DNA from: Sphaerochaetaceae bacterium
Lineage (GTDB): Bacteria > Spirochaetota > Spirochaetia > Sphaerochaetales > Sphaerochaetaceae
Length of the DNA: 39,186 nt
Direction: 5' to 3'
Assembly: GCA_041670175.1 (NCBI GenBank)
Contig: JBAXZS010000001.1
Coordinates: forward strand, 1 to 39,186
Each line of letters opens with the position of its first letter. The stretch's first letter is position 1. The position numbers were made by a program, and so were the translations under genes. Shown piece after piece: positions 1-7,715 of the stretch. The notes under the pieces were generated by a model. The model ran no database searches. It was not told the origin of the DNA and worked only from the letters and a program-made list of their open reading frames with translations.

Positions 1-608
1 CCACTGATATCCTTGGCTTTATTAAATGCGAGCTGCTCCTCTTTGCTATGGAAGACCACAACACCCTCAACAGTAATGCCCAAAGGCAAGAACAGATGTT
101 CTGTTGCAAAATCAAACACAGATTGTCCAGTGGCCTTTACAAGAATGCCCGACAAAATATCTGGCCCAATGAGGGGTGTGTACCTGAATTTCCCTATCCG
201 TCCCCGGCCTCCCAACAGGTCAAGCGAGAACTTTATTGAGTCATCACTCTTGAAATACTTTACGTAAGGGGCAAAGAGCTTATATTTATACGGGGCGGTC
301 ATTGTCAGCAAATGGGTAAGAGTCACCTTCTGTATCGTCTTTTCGCCTTTCTTGACAGGATAGCCAGGGAAAAAATCCAAAACATTCTGGTCGAGACTCT
401 TGATATACCCTTTATCCAGGGCAATCCCGATCAAGAGGGAGACGATGCTTTTTGTCACTGAATACACATGAATGCGACTAGTGGCAGAGCATCCATTAAA
501 GTAATTCTCATAGAGTGTTTTATCGTCTTTCCGTACAACCATGCCTGCAATATTGCCATAGTCCTTGTTTATTCTCTTTTCCAATTCAGTCACTTCTTCT
601 TGCTCCAT
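1..608 (-). CDS. Serine hydrolase / beta-lactamase-family protein, N-terminal ~202 codons (3' end runs off the left edge)
   Basis: Absent from the ORF track because it is open-ended. My translation of the minus strand from the ATG at 608..606 gives MEQEEVTELEKRINKDYGNIAGMVVRKDDKTLYENYFNGCSATSRIHVYSVTKSIVSLLIGIALDKGYI..., with no stop down to base 1. The S-x-x-K active-site motif (YSVTKS) sits at the usual N-terminal position for class C beta-lactamase/PBP-like esterases. The gene begins 29 nt after the end of the MerR-like reading frame. Confidence 0.75.
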   Translation of the reverse strand, partial: MEQEEVTELEKRINKDYGNIAGMVVRKDDKTLYENYFNGCSATSRIHVYSVTKSIVSLLIGIALDKGYIKSLDQNVLDFFPGYPVKKGEKTIQKVTLTHLLTMTAPYKYKLFAPYVKYFKSDDSIKFSLDLLGGRGRIGKFRYTPLIGPDILSGILVKATGQSVFDFATEHLFLPLGITVEGVVVFHSKEEQLAFNKAKDIS

Positions 609-792
609 ACAAGGGTCTCCTCTGTTTGTCCTTGGCCTATCTGGCCGACACTTTCTTCTTGACCGGATAATACACTTCAGTTATAAGCTCACTCTCTTTT
701 GAGACCTGGGAAGGGTCGGTTACATAGACCTCATACAGCGCATTGCTGGATTCATAGCCTTCCTTCTCCGCCCATTCACGTTGTTTGGTGTA

Positions 793-1473
793 TTATACAG
801 AGGACAGGCCGGAATAAGAGCCCTGGTGAACCGTTTTCAAGCATAACCCTGGATAGAAATCCCTTGTACCGGTAACATATTCTTTTATTGGAATGGCAAA
901 TTCCGTATCCAGCCCCAACGGGCTGAATTCCGCACTGTGGAAAAGCACCATCAAAGGGGAGGTGATGGTCAATTTGTCGTCTGCAACCTTCCTGGATAAT
1001 CTCCCAAAGCAATTTCCGTATTCTTCAACAAAATCACCTTCATGAACCATTTTCCGGATAGAGAGAAGATACATCATCGGGACCTCTGCAAGTTGGACAT
1101 CAATGCTTTCCAGGTAGGACATGATCGACTTGCCTTGTCTCAAACTTGAAATATCATTACCAAGTTGATCCAAAGTCCTTTCAAATTCCTGTGCTTGCTT
1201 CTCAAGTTCTTTTTTCTTCCTGGTAAGTGCCAGATAAAGTTTTTCATCCTGGGGTTCTTTTGATTCAAGTATTGCCTTGATTTCCTCTAGGGAAAAATTG
1301 TACGTTTTCAGACGATTGATGAATAGCATCGTTTCCAATTGCCCAATGGAGTAATATCTATAGCCATTTTCAGGGTTGGTCTCACTAGGCAGGATTAGCC
1401 TTATCTCAGCATAATAACGAAGCGTCTTTGTGGAAACCTTACATATATTTGAAAACTCTCCGATAGACAACAT
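793..1473 (-). CDS. MerR-family transcriptional regulator with a GyrI-like effector-binding domain, cut short by an in-frame TAA (the frame continues to 637)
   Basis: N-terminal MerR HTH: LSIGEFSNICKVSTKTLRYYAEIRLILP...GYRYYS. This is followed by a coiled-coil linker and a GyrI-like domain. The likely start is the ATG at 1473, 6 nt after GGAGG (1480..1484, minus strand), rather than the track start at 1512. The TAA is at 793..795. The same frame continues as YTKQREWAEKEGYESSNALYEVYVTDPSQVSKESELITEVYYPVKKK to a TAG at 637..639, which is the canonical C-terminal end of GyrI-like domains. Confidence 0.8.
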   Translation of the reverse strand: MLSIGEFSNICKVSTKTLRYYAEIRLILPSETNPENGYRYYSIGQLETMLFINRLKTYNFSLEEIKAILESKEPQDEKLYLALTRKKKELEKQAQEFERTLDQLGNDISSLRQGKSIMSYLESIDVQLAEVPMMYLLSIRKMVHEGDFVEEYGNCFGRLSRKVADDKLTITSPLMVLFHSAEFSPLGLDTEFAIPIKEYVTGTRDFYPGLCLKTVHQGSYSGLSSV

Positions 1474-1503
1474 GAGCATCCTCCTTCCATAGCACCTGCC
1501 CTT

Positions 1504-1534
1504 ACCGTACACCTTGCCCTAAGGGTAAAGTCAA
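1504..1534 (-). promoter_or_regulatory. MerR-type promoter: -35 TTGACT, 19-nt spacer carrying an imperfect dyad, -10 TACGGT
   Basis: The minus strand reads ATCACA-TTGACT-TTACCCTTAGGGCAAGGTG-TACGGT-AAG. The spacer is exactly 19 nt, the hallmark of MerR-family target promoters. The dyad ACTTTACCCT-T-AGGGCAAGGT matches 8 of 10 positions per half-site and overlaps the -35 element and spacer. The element lies about 30 nt upstream of the MerR-like start codon. Confidence 0.5.
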
Positions 1535-1603
1535 TGTGATAAAGTATGTACCGAAATATATAGCGGACCTTCTACCATGGTATCCTATAACACAAGACTT
1601 TCG

Positions 1604-1664
1604 AGCATCTCTTTTTTCTTGGGTGATCAAGTCTCTCGATCTCGTGCCATCGAGAAGGATTCCG
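1604..1664. repeat. 61-bp direct repeat, copy 1 (identical to 3559..3619)
   Basis: AGCATCTCTTTTTTCTTGGGTGATCAAGTCTCTCGATCTCGTGCCATCGAGAAGGATTCCG. I compared it base by base with copy 2 and it matches 61/61. It contains an internal hairpin: TCTCGAT, an 8-nt loop, then ATCGAGA. Confidence 0.95.
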
Positions 1665-2001
1665 GGTTCCAGTCCAGGGCTGCAGGGTCCGTGATACGAG
1701 GGAGGACCTGGAGGCATCTGAACTTCTTCCTTCGTACAAGTCGGGGTTCCAAGGGTCATCACTGCCGATGGGAAGATTTGCACACTATGGCAGTGCCCTG
1801 GGGACGCAAGGGAAGGCGTCGTCCTTGCGCTTGTGAAGCGCCTGGCGGCAAGCAAGATCGGCGAGCATGGCACGAGGATCTGGAGGGTTGTTTCCCTTCA
1901 TGGGGACGGCAAGAGAAAACTGTACCGAGATTTATACGAATTTATCCGACTTTAATATTATAATTTAACCGAATGAAATTATGAAATTTAACCGAATTGT
2001 A

Positions 2002-2030
2002 TTGAAGACCTTTAACGGATGACTTATTAT
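2002..2030 (+). promoter_or_regulatory. Candidate sigma70-like promoter for the ATPase gene (TTGAAG-17 nt-TATTAT)
   Basis: TTGAAG is at 2002..2007, followed by a 17-nt spacer and TATTAT at 2025..2030. A GAGGGG Shine-Dalgarno sequence and the ATG at 2049 follow. Confidence 0.3.
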
Positions 2031-2048
2031 AAGTGCGAGGGGACATAC

Positions 2049-3314
2049 ATGGACAACAATTCCTATCGACCACGCATCATAGATTCAGCAGTCGAGCAAT
2101 ACCTTCGTGCATTTGGAGCAGTCTGTATCGAGGGGCCCAAGTGGTGCGGAAAGACCTGGACTGCGCAGAAGCATTCCCAGAGCGCTTTCCTTGCAGGTGA
2201 CCCTGCGGGGGATTTCCAGAACAGGCAACTTGCACAGATCGACCCGTCCTTAGTCCTCCAAGGCAAAAAGCCCCGTCTGATTGATGAATGGCAGGAAGTA
2301 CCGTCACTATGGGATGCGGTGAGGTTCGCTGTCGACCAGTCGACCACAAAAGGACAGTTCATCCTTACCGGTTCCGCCACCCCGGTGCACAAAGGAATCA
2401 TGCATACCGGGACCGGGCGCATCGCCCGGCTACGTATGATGCCTATGTCCTTGTTTGAATCGGGGGATTCTTCCGGTGAAGTGTCGTTGAAAGACCTATG
2501 CGCAGGAAACCTCGAGAACACAAAGACAAGTGAGGTGAGCCTTCAGTCCCTGGCTTCCTTCATCCTGAGAGGCGGCTGGCCTGGCAGCCTGGGATTGCCG
2601 ACGGAGGATGCCGTCAAGATTCCGGCACAATACCTGGACAATGTGGTGACCGACGATGTGGCTAAAGTGGATGACAAAGCGCGTGATGAGGCGAAACTTC
2701 GCCTTTTGCTTCGGTCGCTTGCGCGCAACGAGAGCACGACAGCAGCCAGGGCACGTCTGAAGAGTGACATGCAAGGAGTCGAGCAGTCGACTATCGATGA
2801 GGATACAATCGCTGGTTACCTCAACATTTTTGAAAGGTTGTTCATCATTGAGAACCAAAAGCCGTTTGCAACAGCCATACGTTCCTCTCTTCGCATAAAG
2901 CAGGCAGAGAAACGTCATTTCGTAGACCCCTCCTTTGCGGCCTCACTGCTAGGCATCACCAATGAAGATCGTTTGATTGGTGACCTGCGGACGTTCGGCT
3001 TCCTGTTCGAGGCTTTGTGCGAACGGGACCTCAGGATCTATGCGCAATCGTTCGGAGCCAATCTCCTGCACTACCAGGACTACGGCAATGACGAGATAGA
3101 TGCGGTCGTGGAGCTTGCAAACGGAAGCTGGTCCGCCTTTGAGATCAAGTTGGGGGCAACCCAAATTGATAAGGCCTCAGCCAAGCTCTTGTCCCTCAAC
3201 CAGAAGTTTGAGCGTCCGGCGACCAACCTTTGTGTGATCTGCGGCCTCTCAAACGCAGCGTATCGCAGGCCTGATGGTGTATGCGTGGTACCGATTACCG
3301 CATTGAAACCGTGA
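2049..3314 (+). CDS. AAA/P-loop ATPase of the COG1373 / DUF4143 type with a C-terminal PD-(D/E)xK-like nuclease motif
   Basis: Walker A motif: GPKWCGKTWTA. A Walker B-like stretch reads PRLIDEWQ. The C-terminus, EIDAVVELANGSWSAFEIKLG, fits the D...E-x-K pattern of a restriction-endonuclease fold. I prefer the ATG at 2049 (MDNNSYRPRIID), preceded by GAGGGG, over the track start at 2019. Confidence 0.8.
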   Translation: MDNNSYRPRIIDSAVEQYLRAFGAVCIEGPKWCGKTWTAQKHSQSAFLAGDPAGDFQNRQLAQIDPSLVLQGKKPRLIDEWQEVPSLWDAVRFAVDQSTTKGQFILTGSATPVHKGIMHTGTGRIARLRMMPMSLFESGDSSGEVSLKDLCAGNLENTKTSEVSLQSLASFILRGGWPGSLGLPTEDAVKIPAQYLDNVVTDDVAKVDDKARDEAKLRLLLRSLARNESTTAARARLKSDMQGVEQSTIDEDTIAGYLNIFERLFIIENQKPFATAIRSSLRIKQAEKRHFVDPSFAASLLGITNEDRLIGDLRTFGFLFEALCERDLRIYAQSFGANLLHYQDYGNDEIDAVVELANGSWSAFEIKLGATQIDKASAKLLSLNQKFERPATNLCVICGLSNAAYRRPDGVCVVPITALKP

Positions 3315-3382
3315 TTTCTTCAAAACATTGGTTGAGCTTAGTAGTTGCTAACAAAGAAGATAGAAGCAGATAAGTACGTGAA

Positions 3383-3410
3383 CCCGAGGGAGAGATTCCT
3401 CGGGTTTTTT
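3383..3410 (+). terminator. Rho-independent terminator after the ATPase gene
   Basis: Stem CCCGAGG (3383..3389), 8-nt loop, stem CCTCGGG (3398..3404), then TTTTTT (3405..3410). Confidence 0.75.
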
Positions 3411-3558
3411 GACGCCCAAAGAAGAACATGCCGTACAGACCCAAGAGACCAGGCAGCTGCCAGGTACCGTGTAAATACCTAAAATGGTGAGGCCTTTCGC
3501 TGTCTATGGTGGGTAGCTAGCTGACAGGTTTGGGAACAGACCAGGGGCCCGTCTTTTC

Positions 3559-3619
3559 AGCATCTCTTTTTTCTTGGGTGATCAAGTCTCTCGATCTCGT
3601 GCCATCGAGAAGGATTCCG
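3559..3619. repeat. 61-bp direct repeat, copy 2 (identical to 1604..1664)
   Basis: Same 61-mer in the same orientation, 1,955 bp downstream of copy 1. Confidence 0.95.
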
Positions 3620-3831
3620 TGAACATGATTTACTTCATATGTGGAGAACTCTCAATAAATAGCGAATACCCTTTCTTTAGCATGTCGTAGGGATTGAGGG
3701 AAAAGGGTTATTTCAATCGCTCGCCATGCCAAAGGAAATGTTTTTTGGGAATCTTGCCATCGAAGACCATACGTTCTTACAGGAAATCACTTGGATTGTT
3801 GATAAGTAGTCTTACATTCGGGGAAGATTTG

Positions 3832-5742
3832 CTATTTGCACTGGGTCTCAAGGAACTTGAGGAAATCAACTTTATTCAAGGGTTTGCTATAATAGTACCC
3901 CTGGATATAATCACAACCAAGATTTGCCACCATATTTGCCTGTTGCTCTGTCTCAACCCCCTCGACAAGGATCTTTCGTCCAAGGTTCTTGATCATCTTG
4001 ATGGTGTTGTAGAGGTAGGAAAGTGTTTGGAAACTTTCTGTAGCCATGGTAATGAAGGGCTTGTCGAGTTTTATGATGGAGAACGGCAGGCTGATAAGCC
4101 TGTCCAGGTTTGAGTATCCACTTCCAAAATCATCAAGGCAGAAAACGAATCCTTTTTCTGAAAGTCGCCGGATATTCTCATCGAGGACAAGGGGGAATGA
4201 ACCTGAGGCCGTCTCGGTGATCTCAAGATGCAAAAAGTTTGGATTAATGCAAAAAGCATTAAGTGTATTAGTAAGTTTTTGTATCATATTGCATTGCATG
4301 CATTCCACTATGGAAATGTTTACATTCAGGCTCTCCAATCCAAGGTGGTTTTGTGATATAAAACCGCAGACATCATTGAGAATATAATTATCAATTTGTA
4401 TGATGTTGCCATTTTTCTCAGCAATGGAGATGAGCTCCTCTGGAGGAATTTGTCCAAGAAGGGGATCTTTCAGTCTAACCAAAGCCTCGGCGCTTGAGAA
4501 ACATTGCTTTTTAATATCGAATACCGGTTGGAACACAACCTCCAAAAGGTTGTCATCAACACACGTGCGGCTAATCCTGTCTATCTCCTTATACCAATGT
4601 TGTCGTTGGACATTGAGCTCGCTTATTTTTACAACACGCTTGTCGGGCCTCGCCGGCAGGTCATTGACAGCTTCGATAATATCGGATAATTCAGATTGTG
4701 ATCTTGCATGCTGTGGGAAATTGATAACCGCGATTACCGGGGTTACGATGACCTCTTGCTCCTGAATGTTCCACCCCAGGTTGAAACGCTTGACGATATG
4801 GCTCAAGGCTTGCTCGTCGACCATTTGTTCTTTATCGTTATAGATAAGGCAGAACTTCCATTCCTCTAGGCAAAAGAGATAAGCCTTCTTGAAATTTTTA
4901 ATTAAATAATTCGCCAATTCTATTCTGAGGTTATCCACCAGGGTAGTCCCCAAGGATTCCCTGATATATCCACCGTCCACGATATGGATGTATATAAGGC
5001 TGAACCGATTTTTCTCTCCAATCATCAATCGGGTCAAGGATGAGAAAGAACTTGAGTTCAGCAACTTTGTCTGGGTATCAATGGCTTCCTCCGGACGATG
5101 GAGTGAGAGATATACCAGAAGAATGCAGACATCGCTGCAATAGTTCTCAACCAGGTAGAGGGGGAAGAGCCCCTGGACTGTCACTCCTAGTGCAAAGAAA
5201 AAAACAAGGAAGAGCAGTGAGAATTTCTTTCCTTGCCCCAGCGTCCCTCCATATTTGAAAAGAAGCATAGCCCCAATGAACAGATAAAAAGCACAGAGTA
5301 GGTAGACAACTAGTATCAAAGGCCCACGATAATATCCCTCTGAATCGATAGTAAAGATTGTGTGAGTCAGAGGATTACTTAAGAGCAGCAAGTAGGTACC
5401 TATGAGTGGGATTAGGAGCAACCTCGTGTAATTGTTTTTTAAGTTCAAGGTGAGGGATGCATACATGAAAAAAAGGAAAGCAGTACTTGTGTGACTGAAA
5501 AAATACACATAGTTGATGATGCTGAACACCCATAAGGGAAAAACCTCATGTACCTGGGGGATGTTATTAAGCCAAAGTCCAAACAATAAGTCGGATAAAG
5601 TTGCGAGACAGCACAGCAGGAACACCACCTTGAATATCTTTGTTTGAGTGGAAGGGAAGGTGTGCTTGAGCCTGGACATCAGGAATATGACAGCAAGGAT
5701 GGCTATGCCTGCGATATCAAACCATATGTTATAATTGCCCAT
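3832..5742 (-). CDS. Membrane protein: multi-TM N-terminal domain, degenerate GGDEF-like region, and an intact EAL domain (predicted c-di-GMP phosphodiesterase)
   Basis: All canonical EAL-domain motifs are present: SAEALVRL, NVNIS, HLEITE, DDFGSGYS, KLDK, EGVETEQQ and QGYYYSKP. The central region has no GGDEF/GGEEF motif (CLEEWKF occupies that position). The likely start is the ATG at 5742 (MGNYNIWFDIAGIAILAV), 8 nt after GGAAGGA, overlapping the upstream paralog by 14 nt. The longer track ORF starting at 5811 would run deep into the neighbouring gene. Confidence 0.85.
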   Translation of the reverse strand: MGNYNIWFDIAGIAILAVIFLMSRLKHTFPSTQTKIFKVVFLLCCLATLSDLLFGLWLNNIPQVHEVFPLWVFSIINYVYFFSHTSTAFLFFMYASLTLNLKNNYTRLLLIPLIGTYLLLLSNPLTHTIFTIDSEGYYRGPLILVVYLLCAFYLFIGAMLLFKYGGTLGQGKKFSLLFLVFFFALGVTVQGLFPLYLVENYCSDVCILLVYLSLHRPEEAIDTQTKLLNSSSFSSLTRLMIGEKNRFSLIYIHIVDGGYIRESLGTTLVDNLRIELANYLIKNFKKAYLFCLEEWKFCLIYNDKEQMVDEQALSHIVKRFNLGWNIQEQEVIVTPVIAVINFPQHARSQSELSDIIEAVNDLPARPDKRVVKISELNVQRQHWYKEIDRISRTCVDDNLLEVVFQPVFDIKKQCFSSAEALVRLKDPLLGQIPPEELISIAEKNGNIIQIDNYILNDVCGFISQNHLGLESLNVNISIVECMQCNMIQKLTNTLNAFCINPNFLHLEITETASGSFPLVLDENIRRLSEKGFVFCLDDFGSGYSNLDRLISLPFSIIKLDKPFITMATESFQTLSYLYNTIKMIKNLGRKILVEGVETEQQANMVANLGCDYIQGYYYSKPLNKVDFLKFLETQCK

Positions 5743-7645
5743 AATCGTATCCTTCCAGATGGTTCTTAAGATTTTCCAAGGACATGCATTTGCCAAAATA
5801 ATCTCCGGCAAGGGATTGGCATCCCATACTCATATATTTTTGGGCCTGTTCCTTTGTTTCAATTCTGCCTAATGCGGCCTTTCGTCCCGTACCCTGGATG
5901 AGGATGATCATATCCTTGACAAAATCATCATTCTGGTTTTCTTGTATGAAAGCATCCCCGATTGAGATGCAGGAGGACAAGACCGAGAAGGTGCGGGAAA
6001 ACTGGGTGAAGCCAATGCCATAATTGGCAATTATTATCGAAAATCCTTCTTTTGCCAGGACATTAAGCGTGTCAATGACGGTATTGGGTGCCGAATTGAC
6101 CACTTCCGCCTCTATCTGCAAGGACAGGTTTTGTGGATTAATTCGATATTTTTTCACCAGTGTCAATATTTTTCCCCCAAGGTCATATTGCAACCATTGT
6201 CCTGCAGAAAGCTCGACGATGATGTTTCTCACTCCGAGGTATTCCAAAGAACGTTCGCTAAGAATTTTGCAGACGTTTTCCAGCATGTGCTGGGAAAGCT
6301 TCAGTGCATTCCCGTTTTTTTCTGCGATTGGCATGTATTCCTCTGATTTTATTGCTTCCAGGTTTGGACTCTCCAGATATTGTGAGGCCTCAATACTAGG
6401 GAAGCTCTTGGTCGATACATCGTATATAGGTCTGAAATTGAGGTGAAACTTTTCTTGTATGAGTGCCTGCTCAACCCAAAAGGATATTGATAGTCTTCGT
6501 TTCTCTTTGGTAAGGTCAAGCTTTGTGATGTCTATCACCTGTTCTTCTTGCTGACGGGATTCTGTATTGGCAAGTAAACCGGCAAGAGCATAGAAAGAAT
6601 CCATGGAAGAAAAGTCCTTTGGATGATGGATACAGCAGGTATACACATGGATCTTGATATCCAGCTTGTTTGTCCGCCATGGATTTGCAAATGCTTGTAT
6701 GATTCGTTCTTGTATTTGATTCATGAGGTTGCTGTCATCGTTTTTCAAGGCAAGGGTAAATTGACTATCTGCAATGCGATAGATATCCGCCTGCCTTGAG
6801 AATAGTTGCAAAAAATTTGTGATGGATTGCAAGAGATCCCTTAATGAATCGAGGCTAAGCCAATTTTTCAGAAACTGGTAGTTATCCATACCTATGAGAA
6901 GGACTGTGAAACTTCTTTTGTCTGCTATGGCCAAGGATGTGGTTTGGGTAAACGCCGTGCGGTTGAGCGACGAGGTCATCCCGTCGATAACGTCTTCGGG
7001 ATTCTGCACGGTCAGGTAGATAAGGAGTACACTCAATGTCAACGTAAAATTCCCCACCCGAAGATTAGGATTCACCGTTTGCCAAAGTGGTCCGATGAAG
7101 GCAAAGAACACATATAAGGAGAGTATTATTGCTGTTGAATGCTTGATGCTCTTGTGGTACCGAAGGATGCACAGCACCGCGATGATGACAAAATAGACGG
7201 AGAACAAATAAATAAAATAGATGGTGAGATCGAACCGGTTGATGTTCGGTCCCTCAAGCAGGTTGCTGCTTCGTCTGAGCGTGTTCAGGATAATGAAGAT
7301 AAGATCGAGAACATAAGGAGCATAAAAGAAAATCCAGTAGTTTCTTCTTTTGATCTTTATCTTGAAAATCTCAAGAACATAGAACATGTAGAGCAGGGAA
7401 ATTGTTGACTGGGCAAGAATCAGGCCACCCTTGAAAAGATAATATCCCCAGTTTGTTGAGGGAATGGTCCCCTCGACATACAGACCACATGCGATATCAC
7501 AAAGGGTGGCGACCAACGTCATCCTGGACATCCAGATAAAAATATTGTTTTGGCGAATGGGTATGCTGTTTCTGAACTGGTATATAAGGAACAGAACGAA
7601 TATGATTCCTAAAGAGCAAATGTCGAGCCAGATGCCGCACCACAT
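5729..7645 (-). CDS. Paralogous membrane protein: multi-TM domain, degenerate GGDEF-like region, and a degenerate EAL-like domain
   Basis: Same architecture and length as the downstream gene, but the EAL signature positions are replaced: EAS for EAL, VELS for NxS, IEAE for EITE, ANYGIGFT for DDFGTGYS, IGDA for KLDK, GRIE for EGVE, and AGDYFGK for QGYxxxKP. RIADSQF sits in place of GGDEF. Confidence 0.8.
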   Translation of the reverse strand: MWCGIWLDICSLGIIFVLFLIYQFRNSIPIRQNNIFIWMSRMTLVATLCDIACGLYVEGTIPSTNWGYYLFKGGLILAQSTISLLYMFYVLEIFKIKIKRRNYWIFFYAPYVLDLIFIILNTLRRSSNLLEGPNINRFDLTIYFIYLFSVYFVIIAVLCILRYHKSIKHSTAIILSLYVFFAFIGPLWQTVNPNLRVGNFTLTLSVLLIYLTVQNPEDVIDGMTSSLNRTAFTQTTSLAIADKRSFTVLLIGMDNYQFLKNWLSLDSLRDLLQSITNFLQLFSRQADIYRIADSQFTLALKNDDSNLMNQIQERIIQAFANPWRTNKLDIKIHVYTCCIHHPKDFSSMDSFYALAGLLANTESRQQEEQVIDITKLDLTKEKRRLSISFWVEQALIQEKFHLNFRPIYDVSTKSFPSIEASQYLESPNLEAIKSEEYMPIAEKNGNALKLSQHMLENVCKILSERSLEYLGVRNIIVELSAGQWLQYDLGGKILTLVKKYRINPQNLSLQIEAEVVNSAPNTVIDTLNVLAKEGFSIIIANYGIGFTQFSRTFSVLSSCISIGDAFIQENQNDDFVKDMIILIQGTGRKAALGRIETKEQAQKYMSMGCQSLAGDYFGKCMSLENLKNHLEGYDYGQL

Positions 7646-7715
7646 AGGTACATCATATATCTATCCAGTATTCTTGGCTATATAAGTTGACACTTCTTTC
7701 CTCAAAGAAGACAAT

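Noticed and set aside
1502-1963. Track ORFs 1502..1873 (-) of 123 aa and 1577..1963 (+) of 128 aa in the G+C-rich spacer
   Set aside because: They overlap each other on opposite strands and are Arg/Pro/Gly/Ser-rich with no recognisable motifs. They have no SD or sensible start context. They look like chance open frames in G+C-rich DNA. The region is reported as non-coding or decayed instead.
3694-4113. Plus-strand 139-aa ORF overlapping the 3' end of the EAL gene
   Set aside because: Most of it is antisense to the well-supported EAL domain. Its non-overlapping 5' part has no SD and no recognisable sequence.
7646-7715. Possible glycine riboswitch upstream of glyA/gcvH
   Set aside because: The intergenic regions are only 70 nt (before glyA) and 40 nt (before gcvH), too short for a tandem or single glycine aptamer. 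I see none of the conserved GGAGAG...CACCG...GGGCAA-type segments.
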